DNA of 64,000 nt from Candidatus Dojkabacteria bacterium (lineage in GTDB: Bacteria; Patescibacteriota; Dojkabacteria; B142; JAFGFJ01): positions 314,896-378,895 of the forward strand of contig JAFGFJ010000006.1 in the NCBI GenBank assembly GCA_016931155.1, written 5' to 3'. This document shows, piece after piece, positions 47,345-56,605 of this stretch. The stretch's first letter is position 1; each line of letters starts with the position of its first letter. Below the pieces are notes generated by a model. The model did not search any database, was not told the DNA's origin, and saw only the letters and a list, made by a program, of their open reading frames with translations. The translations under genes and the position numbers were made by a program.

Positions 47345-49432
47345 ATGAAGATAAAAGACAAATATACAATTTTTCTAGAAAACTATGACCTCAAGCAGGA
47401 GGAAGCTTTTGGTCAGAGAGCTAAAGATTTTTATGATCTCGTACATTTAAACGTGAGTGTTCCTTCTACTTTTTTTGTAAATTCCTCTGCTTTTGATGAT
47501 TTTATACATGGGAATAATCTCAGTGAATATATTATCGAACGTCTCTTAGGTGTGAATATTGATAATTCAAGGGATTTGGAGAAAACATCCAAAGAGATAA
47601 AAGAAGCAATTATGAGTGGGAGTATTTCTAAGGAATTGGAAGAGGAATTGTCTACTTGTTATTCCAGGCTTTCCGGTTTTAGTGATTCACTTGTTTCTAT
47701 GACATATTCTCCGATTAATCCGGATCTTGATTATTCATCATTTAGTGAAAAATCTTTTGTTCATCTAAATATTAGAGGTAAGGATGAGCTTATCGATACA
47801 GTAAAGCTTATCTGGACCTCTTTATTCGAACCAAAGGCTATTTTTTACAGGGAAGCAAAGAGATATTCTGGTGCTCTCACGGTAGCTGTAGTTGTTCAAA
47901 AACTAATCTTTGCCGAGTCTTCTGGGGTTTTATTTACAGTCGATCCAATAACAAATGATTCTACTAAGGCTCAGATTGAGGCGATACTTGGAGTGATTGA
48001 TCCTCTTGTTGACTCAGAGCTTAATCCTGATGTTTATATTTATGACAAAGTGCTAGGTACAATTACTGAAAAAAACACTGTCAATCAGGATTGGATGTTG
48101 GTACGCAAAGGAAGAGTAAAGGGTAATGAAAGTCCTCATGCAAAAGTTAACATATCTCCTGTTTATAAAAAGTTGCAGAAAATTGACGATACCTATTTGG
48201 ACTACCTTGGTAAGCTTGCAGTCACTCTTGATAAATACAACGAATCTCCGCTCGAAGTTGAATGGGTACTTGAATCAGGAAGGATAAGTGTTACAAGAAT
48301 AAGACCAGTGACTACATTGACGATCAATGAAACCGATTGGAAATTTGCTCCTACTGTAACAGCTCTAAAAAGTAAGTTGGAGTCCAGGGAAAAAACAGTA
48401 AATAACCAGTCAGGTTCGCTTTCATTGCAGGAATTTCAAGTCAAAAATAGATCGGATTATGAGGAACAGATGACTGAAATTTCTGAGATGATTCCTGGTA
48501 AAGGAGATCTAGTACCAATTTCTCCAGACATTGGAGTGCCTAAGCTATCACCTCCTTCAATGATTCAGGAAAAGAAGAAAGCAATAATGGGGGAAGATGT
48601 TAAATCTACTGAAGAGCTAGTTGTGCAGGAAGAAATTCTGGTTAATCGGGCTTTTCCAGTCTCTGATGACTTATCAACAGTTACAAAAATCTTTTACGAA
48701 GTTGAAAACAAACAGGGAGTGGAAAAAATTTCTAACTTACCATTAGATGGCGTTGTAGCCCAATTTAATAAAAGTCTTCTGGATAAAGAAATGGGTAGTG
48801 TTTTACTTGAGGCAGCATCAAGGGCAGGGGAGAAACCAGTTCTGTTTTCTCTGTTTTCCAATGGGAGTGTAAATGATATAGAGCTAAAAAAACAGATTGT
48901 GACTTTGAAACAAGTCAGGAATAAAAGCAACAAGAAGAATGTTTGGGTCACAATACCTGCTTTTCATGATAAGCAGGAAATAATAGAAGTTAAGAAATTG
49001 ATTTCAACAATTGGATTGAAGAGATCTTCTACGTTTAAAATTTTCTTGTCAATTAATAGCCCAGCTGCAGCTATGCAGATATTGGAATTTATTGATATAG
49101 GTATCGATGGGATTCTGATAAACTTTTCGAAGTTTGCTGCTCTTAGTCTTGATAAAAAGGTAGGTGATGTCCAATCAAGTGATCTTTTAAAAAACGAAGC
49201 AATTGAAAAAATACTTAGGGGATTGGTAATGGATATAAATAGATCCAAGATTGATTCAATAATTGTGTTTGATCATTTAGAGATTGATGAAAAAATCCTA
49301 ACTAAATTAGTAGAGATTGGGACAATAGGATTTTCTACTGAATTAACAACGATACCTGGACTTAAGAAACACCTCCAGTCTATTGAGGCAGAAAAGATAT
49401 TGAGGCATAAGGGAGGGAAAGCTCACAAGTGA
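47345..49432 (+). CDS. PEP-synthase/pyruvate-phosphate-dikinase-like protein: PPDK_N ATP-grasp domain plus partial PEP-utilizer TIM-barrel-like C-terminus, no phosphohistidine domain detected
   Basis: AVVVQKLIFAESSGVLFTVDPITND matches the PPDK_N nucleotide-binding block; the C-terminal IFLSINSPAAAMQILEFIDIGIDGILINFSKF resembles PEP-utilizers_C; no GGxTSHAAI motif found. Confidence 0.5.
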   Translation: MKIKDKYTIFLENYDLKQEEAFGQRAKDFYDLVHLNVSVPSTFFVNSSAFDDFIHGNNLSEYIIERLLGVNIDNSRDLEKTSKEIKEAIMSGSISKELEEELSTCYSRLSGFSDSLVSMTYSPINPDLDYSSFSEKSFVHLNIRGKDELIDTVKLIWTSLFEPKAIFYREAKRYSGALTVAVVVQKLIFAESSGVLFTVDPITNDSTKAQIEAILGVIDPLVDSELNPDVYIYDKVLGTITEKNTVNQDWMLVRKGRVKGNESPHAKVNISPVYKKLQKIDDTYLDYLGKLAVTLDKYNESPLEVEWVLESGRISVTRIRPVTTLTINETDWKFAPTVTALKSKLESREKTVNNQSGSLSLQEFQVKNRSDYEEQMTEISEMIPGKGDLVPISPDIGVPKLSPPSMIQEKKKAIMGEDVKSTEELVVQEEILVNRAFPVSDDLSTVTKIFYEVENKQGVEKISNLPLDGVVAQFNKSLLDKEMGSVLLEAASRAGEKPVLFSLFSNGSVNDIELKKQIVTLKQVRNKSNKKNVWVTIPAFHDKQEIIEVKKLISTIGLKRSSTFKIFLSINSPAAAMQILEFIDIGIDGILINFSKFAALSLDKKVGDVQSSDLLKNEAIEKILRGLVMDINRSKIDSIIVFDHLEIDEKILTKLVEIGTIGFSTELTTIPGLKKHLQSIEAEKILRHKGGKAHK

Positions 49433-49668
49433 TGTGTTCCAACTTGAAACAGAAACTCAATATAACTGCGTTTTGATGTTGATATGTCGTTTGCTTCTCT
49501 GCTGAGTGAATCGTTTACTTTTTTAAACATATTAATTGGCGGGATTTTTTTGTTTAGAAATACTTATGATAAACAAAGAGATAATAATAAATAAGCTAGG
49601 AATTGTCTGTAGTTAATATTTATTATTTTTTTGTATATTTGATACAACGATAATTACTGGAAAACATT

Positions 49669-50397
49669 ATGAATAAAAAAGTACTAATTTTTCTTGTGAC
49701 TTTGGTTTTATCTTTTACTTTGAGTGGCTGTGCTAAAAACTCGTCTAGTGACTCAATTGCTGATCATACATCAAAAAATGGCAGTGTAATTTTTATTTAT
49801 GGTGCAAGGGTCTTTACCTCTCCGCTTAAGGATAGTGACCTCATTAACGCAAATATTTCGATCACAACGAATATGATTTTTGATTTAAGTAAACAGGTAA
49901 AGGGGTTTACTATTTCTGAGATAAGTATAACTTCACCAGAACTAATAGGAATTGTTAAAAAGTTTAAACCAAAACACATACTGCGTAGTGATAATTGTGT
50001 AAACTGGTATTTGGGGGCTTGCGATGAAATACCTGATCCTGCTGAAATAGCAAGCGAGGGAGACAGCTTTGATTTTTTGGTGGTAGAGCATGAAGCAGCA
50101 TATCTGGATGAAATTTCAAAAGAAGGCTATTTCAATGTTATTTATAATGTTGTTGTAACTGAAATTGCACAGGTTTCATCAAGGAAAATTGAGGCAGATA
50201 CTGGGCATTTTGAGAACTCCAAAGTTCTGCAATATGCTGGTCTAAATGAAAAACAGTTGAGTTTTGATTTGACATATCAGGTGAAAATAGAATTTGAAGA
50301 TGGAGAAGAATTTTCTAACCAGTACAGATACATTGTTAATGCATTAGACTTAATTGAGAAGGGGTACACAACCGAGAACACAGAAGATAAGCTGTGA
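49669..50397 (+). CDS. Hypothetical lipoprotein
   Basis: Signal peptide with canonical lipobox LSGC. Confidence 0.55.
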   Translation: MNKKVLIFLVTLVLSFTLSGCAKNSSSDSIADHTSKNGSVIFIYGARVFTSPLKDSDLINANISITTNMIFDLSKQVKGFTISEISITSPELIGIVKKFKPKHILRSDNCVNWYLGACDEIPDPAEIASEGDSFDFLVVEHEAAYLDEISKEGYFNVIYNVVVTEIAQVSSRKIEADTGHFENSKVLQYAGLNEKQLSFDLTYQVKIEFEDGEEFSNQYRYIVNALDLIEKGYTTENTEDKL

Positions 50398-50491
50398 TTG
50401 GTGATCTATCGTCAAGCTAGATAAAGAAAAATTGACTTCAAGCCATAATGGACTTAGACTGTTGGATAACTAATTTATTAAACTGTCCATT

Positions 50492-51661
50492 ATGGAAAAG
50501 AATTTTTTAAGGCTTTTATCAAAAGCCTTTGCAGTGCTTCTTTCAGTTTTGTGCGGTAGTTCATTCCTCCTGATCAATACTCAAGCAGTAATGGCAAAAA
50601 AACCTAATCCACCGAAAGTGGATATTTTTCTTGATACAGACACTGGGGTAGGAGATGCGGTGGCAGTAGCCTGGGCACTAAAGGATAGTAAGACAAATGT
50701 GCTCGGTATAACCACAGTTGCAGGAAACACTACTGTGGAAAATGCTACAAAGAATGTGCTTACTCTGCTTGATGTCATGGGGAGGACAGATATTAGCGTA
50801 ACTATGGGGGCATCTGAACCTTTAGTTAAACCACATTACAATGTTGGGGATGTAATACACGGTTTAGATGGGCTTTGGTTTCAACAACAGCCACATGATT
50901 TGAGTGCAATCCCGACAGATGCACCCTTAGCACTGGCGACTGCAGCAAGTGAAAATCCAGGAATGACAATAGTTGCACTAGGTCCGTTGACTAACATTGC
51001 TCAAGCTGTTCAAAGATATCCGGATGATATGAGAGGAGTAAAAATTATCACATTAGAGCTGACTGGAAGTGAAACCAGCAGTGCTCACTCGGATCCATAC
51101 CCTGGTGGATTTAATGTGTGGAATGATCCTGATGCCTTGAAAGTATTACTTGAAGCAGATGGACTGGACTTGGATATCTATCTAGCTGGTACTGGAGTAT
51201 TGGATAGTGTAACTGTTGATAGTGCGACTTTCCCTCAGAGATTGATTGATAAGGGAGGTACATTAGGACAGTTTATGGCAGCATTCTTAATACCTAATTT
51301 TCAAATCGCAACTATGGGTGCCGGGGGTCCAGTTGTTATGGATGACCCAGCTTTGACTATCCTGGCAGTAAGACCTGAGTATCTAAAGTCATACGTAGAA
51401 GGTTACGCAAAAGTATCAACAAATGAAGATTTCACAAGCGGTCAAATATTTTTTGGTTATAACGTCAACACCAAGGCATTCCTACTTTCTACGCCGGAAG
51501 AACAATCAATACTTGCAGATAGAATGTTTTCTGATCCCAATTTTAACCTGCAGTATGAAATTGGGCTTATTTTGATGAGGCATCCTGATAATATTAAAGT
51601 GATAACCGAGATTAATGGTAAGAAAATAAAGAAACTAATTGATAAAGACTTTGTAAAGTAG
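50492..51661 (+). CDS. Secreted inosine-uridine-preferring nucleoside hydrolase family protein
   Basis: N-terminal signal peptide; DTDTGVGDAVAVAWAL matches the DxDxxxDD nucleoside hydrolase fingerprint. Confidence 0.75.
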   Translation: MEKNFLRLLSKAFAVLLSVLCGSSFLLINTQAVMAKKPNPPKVDIFLDTDTGVGDAVAVAWALKDSKTNVLGITTVAGNTTVENATKNVLTLLDVMGRTDISVTMGASEPLVKPHYNVGDVIHGLDGLWFQQQPHDLSAIPTDAPLALATAASENPGMTIVALGPLTNIAQAVQRYPDDMRGVKIITLELTGSETSSAHSDPYPGGFNVWNDPDALKVLLEADGLDLDIYLAGTGVLDSVTVDSATFPQRLIDKGGTLGQFMAAFLIPNFQIATMGAGGPVVMDDPALTILAVRPEYLKSYVEGYAKVSTNEDFTSGQIFFGYNVNTKAFLLSTPEEQSILADRMFSDPNFNLQYEIGLILMRHPDNIKVITEINGKKIKKLIDKDFVK

Positions 51662-51684
51662 AAAGCCAGTAATCTGTAATTAGC

Positions 51685-51715
51685 AAAGGGGGGATAAAAA
51701 TCCCCCCTTTTTTTG
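51685..51715. terminator. Bidirectional intrinsic terminator (GGGGGGAT-aaaaa-TCCCCCC flanked by A/T tracts) between convergent genes
   Basis: aaaggggggataaaaatcccccctttttttg read directly. Confidence 0.7.
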
Positions 51716-51777
51716 ACCAATATGGAATCAAATGCTCTGATCCCTTTATTAAGTCTTTTGTCTGCTTAATTCAGATT

Positions 51778-52977
51778 CTAAAGACTCTGTTTTCTCATAG
51801 GGGGTTTGTCTGGAGTATACTTAGACCCCGGGCTGAAAAATTCATTCAGACTATCCTTGGTTTCGTATTCTTCTTCCAGTTTACCTTTGTAGTAATGTCT
51901 AAGTTTCACTGTAGCTTTGTATTTCCGGTAGGAACCGGTCAAATTCCAGGTAAAATTCCTTGACACGAATCTAATTAACTTATTTAACCAAGCAGGATTG
52001 GAGTCTCTTATTGCTGTGAGTTCCAACATTGGAACTACCCTCAGGGTTTCAGTATCATGGACATCAAATTCGTAACGATGATCACCTTCTTCACAGATAT
52101 TATAATATACATTGGCACGATTTCTGTGGGACTCTTTGTCATAATGGTCTTCTCCTCTTTCAAGAGTCCATTTATCAGGGTTGTGAAAAACGATTTTGCC
52201 ATCTTTGGCAAGCAGAATATTCGTTTTTACTGCAGAATTATTGTAGTTATTTTTGCTGATATTATAACCTGCAAGTCCCTGATAGGGTCCTGCAGCAAAC
52301 GAAAACCAGTGCCAGTGATTCCATATATCCAACATAGCATTAGTGAATCCATGATCACTATAGCCGTTGCCATTGAGTTCAATTTTTAAATCGCCCTTAC
52401 GTATATAACCGGTTATCTTTGAGAATGGTTGTGTGACCAGCCAGGCGATGAATTTGTCATCGACATTCGAACAGGTAATACCTGTTCCCTCACGGAAAGC
52501 AGGTACTAAGGCTCTTAATTCAAGGTATACTTCTATATCCAGTTTGGGTAAATACATGGTAGCCTTAAGGTGTCGAGTGTCGCCATTAATAGCCTCAAGT
52601 GTGTTTGGCCCCATTTTTACATTTAAACGATCTTTGCTGTAAGAAAAATCCTTTCCTGAATAATGAAATTCGTTAACTACCTCAATGCCTGGAAAATGTA
52701 TTTCTACAGACAAGTATGGTTCAGCTTTCTTGGATTTATATGTCAGAACGTTGTTATAGGTATAGTTAATCAGCATCCATCCCTCTTTAGTACGGGCATC
52801 AATATAATGCCATTCGAACCATCCTGGCTCTTCTCCAATAGGCGTCCTTACTGCTGCCTCCCAGTCTTCATGGAAATGCTTCAAATTTATCTTGTCACAA
52901 CCAAGTTTGCGATAAATATCTTTGTTTTTGGGATAGCCCAGAAATACTTTTGCATCTTCTTTTGTGTTCTTTTTCAT
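51778..52977 (-). CDS. Hypothetical protein, possibly AttH/CrtC-like lipocalin-fold family
   Basis: Weak resemblance of GWFEWHYIDARTKEGWMLINYTY to the EWWY...dG N-terminal block of the AttH/CrtC family; Trp/Tyr-rich; low confidence. Confidence 0.3.
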   Translation of the reverse strand: MKKNTKEDAKVFLGYPKNKDIYRKLGCDKINLKHFHEDWEAAVRTPIGEEPGWFEWHYIDARTKEGWMLINYTYNNVLTYKSKKAEPYLSVEIHFPGIEVVNEFHYSGKDFSYSKDRLNVKMGPNTLEAINGDTRHLKATMYLPKLDIEVYLELRALVPAFREGTGITCSNVDDKFIAWLVTQPFSKITGYIRKGDLKIELNGNGYSDHGFTNAMLDIWNHWHWFSFAAGPYQGLAGYNISKNNYNNSAVKTNILLAKDGKIVFHNPDKWTLERGEDHYDKESHRNRANVYYNICEEGDHRYEFDVHDTETLRVVPMLELTAIRDSNPAWLNKLIRFVSRNFTWNLTGSYRKYKATVKLRHYYKGKLEEEYETKDSLNEFFSPGSKYTPDKPPMRKQSL

Positions 52978-53246
52978 TATAATTATATTTTAAATAAACA
53001 TAAAATTTGGGATCACTTAGTTGTGTATCCCCTTAATATATTATTCTAGTACATATATATTCTTTTTACTTTAATTCCCTCTTCCCATAAGTTCCATGCT
53101 GTGTATAGCCTTTCTGTGACTGTCATGCTACTTGTCTGCTTAAAATGTAATCTAGGATTGACATTCTAGCAGTTTTGTCGCATTTCTAATGATTATTTAG
53201 CGGAGAGTAAAGAATATATGGTGTTGCTGTTTTTATTGTTTTGGGA

Positions 53247-53873
53247 TTACTTGAACTTAATAACTACACAATATGATTTAGATAAATCTTCAAGGAAATA
53301 TGCAACCTTGAATACCAAAATACCATCAATATGTATATTTTCTATTCTGGAATAACCCAGATTTTCTAACTCCAGAGAAGTTATAGTCGCTGGTATACGG
53401 GCAACTATATTTGTAGTCAAATATTTGCGGGTCAGATTGAACATCTTTCTTAGACTGGGTTTTGTGTCATCTACGCTATTGACATGACTTGATCTGTCCA
53501 TTTTTCTTGTACTCCAACCGGGATCAAGAAATACTATATCAGCTTGAAGTTTTTTTAGAAGACTATGATCTAAGACATCTCCTTGGATAAAGTTTACTTT
53601 ATCGCTCACTCCATATATCTTTGAATTACTGGTAGCCATTTTTATTCTTTTCTCATCTAACTCAATACCTATGACATTGTCCATATATTTCCCAAGTTGT
53701 ATGCACAAAGCCCCGATACAACTGCATAATTCAATTGCTCTTGTAAATTTCCCCATAGAGCTTGCCTGTTTTGCGATATGTTGAGCGACATATTCAGGAC
53801 AGCTAATAAGAGCTGACTCCTTGTCGGAGCGAACCTCTTTCGTGAACCTTTGCGTCTTTTTTAATGTGATCAA
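53247..53873 (-). CDS. SAM-dependent methyltransferase, Tgs1/Methyltransf_15-like (RNA cap guanine-N2 MTase family)
   Basis: Rossmann MTase motif I (VIGIELD) and DPPW-like motif IVFLDPGW. Confidence 0.5.
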   Translation of the reverse strand: MITLKKTQRFTKEVRSDKESALISCPEYVAQHIAKQASSMGKFTRAIELCSCIGALCIQLGKYMDNVIGIELDEKRIKMATSNSKIYGVSDKVNFIQGDVLDHSLLKKLQADIVFLDPGWSTRKMDRSSHVNSVDDTKPSLRKMFNLTRKYLTTNIVARIPATITSLELENLGYSRIENIHIDGILVFKVAYFLEDLSKSYCVVIKFK

Positions 53874-54020
53874 ACGTTGTTATTGAAAAACAGGACGGCT
53901 AATAGGGTTAGAGCCGTTCTCGAAACAGTTTATGCCAAATGGAGTAGTAGAGGCAATTAATGTGTCCTTTTTTTGGATGGTATCAGGATGAGACGGTATC
54001 TTAACTTAATTTTTGAAGGT

Positions 54021-54095
54021 TGGAGCGGGCAACGGGAATCGAACCCGTATCATCAGTTTGGAAAACTGACATAATAACCTTTATACGATGCCCGC
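54021..54095 (-). tRNA. tRNA-Gly (anticodon UCC), CCA encoded
   Basis: Reverse complement GCGGGCATCGTATAAAGGTTATTATGTCAGTTTTCCAAACTGATGATACGGGTTCGATTCCCGTTGCCCGCTCCA folds as a cloverleaf. 7-bp acceptor stem; anticodon stem TCAGT/ACTGA with loop TTTCCAA, so anticodon UCC; T-loop GGTTCGATTCC; discriminator U and G1:C72 typical of tRNA-Gly. Confidence 0.8.
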
Positions 54096-54240
54096 ACAAA
54101 ACACGCAATTGTAGCAGATCAGTCTCCTTTTTGTGAAGCAATGGACCAGGAATTGTGTTAATGGTCGGGTACGGCTGAAACTTTATCGTGTCCTGTTTTC
54201 TGCTAGTTTTCATCTATTGCAATATTGGGATTACTTAGTA

Positions 54241-54312
54241 TGAGTAGCTATCTCCGAAGCACTTCAAGTCTCTGTGCATGAGTAGCTCTTCCCGCAGCAC
54301 TTCAAATTCCTG
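54241..54312. repeat. Imperfect 34-bp tandem direct repeat spanning the 3' end/stop codon of the downstream hypothetical gene
   Basis: tgagtagctatctccgaagcacttcaagtctctg followed by tgagtagctcttcccgcagcacttcaaattcctg. The second copy encodes the C-terminal ...LKCCGKSYSC; the first lies just beyond the stop. Confidence 0.7.
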
Positions 54313-55538
54313 TCGTAAGTAGACGGGTCACCGTTCTTTACGTATTTTAAGACCTTTCCGCAGATGTCACATCTCACCGGGTCGGGTCTGTCAGGGGTTG
54401 GTTGAGGTTCAAACCCCGGATTCAATATCGAGTTTACTCTTCCGAATGTGCTGAACTTTTCCGATATACCGCAGGCGCTCATCACATAACCTTCTTGTCT
54501 CATAAGTCTGGCTTGAGCATATCTATCCATTTTTTGAAAATCTGAGAAACCTCCATCTTGATCGTAATTAATCCCTGTTTCTAGCTTCATTACATCATGT
54601 ATATATTTTCTAAATCCGAACTGCAGGACTGCCATTGTTTCATTGATGAAGGAAAGTTCTTTAGAAATATTTTCCCCTTTATTCAATTTTGCGGCCGTCG
54701 CCGTAATCAATGTTCTAAATTCCTCCCTGACTCTTTCCCAAACAAACGTCTTTGCATAAGCCTCAATTAATCTAATTTTCATTTCTTCGAGACCTTTTGT
54801 TCTTTGTTCTATAAAATCGGTTATGATTCTGAGTTTGTTGTCATCAAAGAAGCCTGATGATGCCATTATGCTTAAATCTGAAAGATTATTGCTGTCTGTA
54901 TTAATTGCCAATTCATTCAGTAGTTCCTCATAATCAAGAGTCGAAGTTGCGGGTAGCCATTTTTGTATAACTTTCTCGGTACCATTTTCATTTATAAATA
55001 AAAAGATGGTGTCGTTCCCCAGATAACCTCTTTTTTTTGCTTCTTCGGTAAGTGGCGGGCTTGGGCTGAATTCTACAAAATTTCTTTTATCTCCCATCTG
55101 TCTTGCTCTTCTGAGTTTTTCATAATTGCTCAGATTTATTGTGTTTCTTAAGATTTCAAATTCAGGAATTTGCCCGCTCGCATTATTTATTGCTTCTCTA
55201 TAGATTTCGTCAAGTGTTCTGTTTCCTGTTGCGAGCTTCCACGGTAAATTGCTCTTATCCCAAGGGAGGCTGTATTCATATATTGCAGTAGTTTCTGCGA
55301 TGGGATGCTCAACGATCTGGGTGTATATGTCGGTAAGGCTTTCTGTCAATGCAATGTTCAACAATGCCTCCCTTTCCTCTCCTCCAGCAGATTGGATAGC
55401 TTTTAGAGCCTGAAGTACATAGTTTATTGAGTTTGAGTATCTGTTTGAATACTGCGCCCTGATAGAATCCATACTTAAATCTGCTTTATTGATCGCAAAT
55501 CTCGACGGTTGTATTTCCTGTATGGCTGTTTCGCTCAT
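54264..55538 (-). CDS. Hypothetical cytoplasmic protein with C-terminal Cys cluster (CDICGKV...CCGKSYSC)
   Basis: 424-aa ORF, no recognised family. Confidence 0.5.
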   Translation of the reverse strand: MSETAIQEIQPSRFAINKADLSMDSIRAQYSNRYSNSINYVLQALKAIQSAGGEEREALLNIALTESLTDIYTQIVEHPIAETTAIYEYSLPWDKSNLPWKLATGNRTLDEIYREAINNASGQIPEFEILRNTINLSNYEKLRRARQMGDKRNFVEFSPSPPLTEEAKKRGYLGNDTIFLFINENGTEKVIQKWLPATSTLDYEELLNELAINTDSNNLSDLSIMASSGFFDDNKLRIITDFIEQRTKGLEEMKIRLIEAYAKTFVWERVREEFRTLITATAAKLNKGENISKELSFINETMAVLQFGFRKYIHDVMKLETGINYDQDGGFSDFQKMDRYAQARLMRQEGYVMSACGISEKFSTFGRVNSILNPGFEPQPTPDRPDPVRCDICGKVLKYVKNGDPSTYDRNLKCCGKSYSCTET

Positions 55539-56149
55539 TTCATTTCAGAAACGAGCAGTGTTGAAGAATTAATTTTCATGGCTTTCTGCTCGGAAAGATA
55601 AAATAATCTTGGCTGGTTTTCTGGCTTTTCCAGTGATGGAATTACAGTTGCGGCACAGCAGCGGTATTTCACCGCTTTTCCCATTTAATCCCGAAAAGAG
55701 AACCTGAAATATACTAGAGTAAAAATTATAATTTTGCAAGAAGTGTAGGTCTGATGTATTTGATGTACAACTTCAAGACCTATGTAGCAACTGAGACTCT
55801 ACGGGCTGTACAGGTTCATGAACATATGCAACAGCCATAGTAGAATACGTTGATGTTTCAAATTATTAATGATTCAAACAAAACGGTTGTTGTATAACGA
55901 GTTTAATCTTTAATATGTTTCATCACACGATAGAGAAGGCGAGTAAAATCAGCTTATTTTTTTCATTAACTGTAGAGACTCTTACAGAGAGCCAAGGATA
56001 AACTAGATGCTTGTTATGTATTATATGTAAGACAAGCAAACTCTCAATGAAGGAAGTAGTAGAGACCACGGCTAAGTTTTGCTCATCATTATTGTTGATC
56101 TTTTGCCAAATGAATTGTACTCTGTATTAGTCAGATTCCTGCCCTAATT

Positions 56150-56605
56150 ATGCAAATAGTATATGCCTCAACATCAGGGAATGTTGAAGTTGTGGTTGAA
56201 AAAGTAAGTGAGGTCTTAACAGAGAAGGGTATAGTTAATCGACTGCACAGATCAGAGCAGACCTCGATTGATCTAATAAGAAATAACAGTCTTTTTGTTC
56301 TTGCTACTTCTACATGGGAACACGGTGAGATAAACCCGTTCTTCAATAAGCTTCTTGCAAAAATAAAAAAAGAGGATTTAAGTAGAAAAAATGCGGCTTT
56401 TATTGGGCTGGGTGATATGCGATATGAGCCAATACTTTTTAATCAGGGTATTAAAATTCTTAAAGATGTCTGGATGGATAAAGGAGGAGGAATTCTCCAT
56501 GAACTTCTCTTGATAAATGGAGAGCCTTACGGAATTCTGGATTCGAGGGTGAGTAAATGGGCACTTGGTTTAGCTGAAGATATTAGGAAAAATGACAAAC
56601 AATAG
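56150..56605 (+). CDS. Flavodoxin (short-chain) family protein
   Basis: MQIVYASTSGNVE N-terminal FMN phosphate-binding loop pattern; ~150 aa. Confidence 0.6.
   Translation: MQIVYASTSGNVEVVVEKVSEVLTEKGIVNRLHRSEQTSIDLIRNNSLFVLATSTWEHGEINPFFNKLLAKIKKEDLSRKNAAFIGLGDMRYEPILFNQGIKILKDVWMDKGGGILHELLLINGEPYGILDSRVSKWALGLAEDIRKNDKQ

Noticed and set aside
54021-54095. First-pass reading of the tRNA anticodon as CCA (tRNA-Trp)
   Set aside because: Re-folding with a 5-bp anticodon stem TCAGT/ACTGA gives the 7-nt loop TTTCCAA and anticodon UCC (Gly). Discriminator U and G1:C72 also fit tRNA-Gly identity.
54001-54213. 70-aa minus-strand ORF
   Set aside because: Overlaps the tRNA-Gly gene; artefact.
54241-54312. 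Diversity-generating retroelement (TR/VR) explanation for the duplicated gene 3' end
   Set aside because: Repeats are only 34 bp, are directly tandem, and no reverse transcriptase or Avd gene is in the window.
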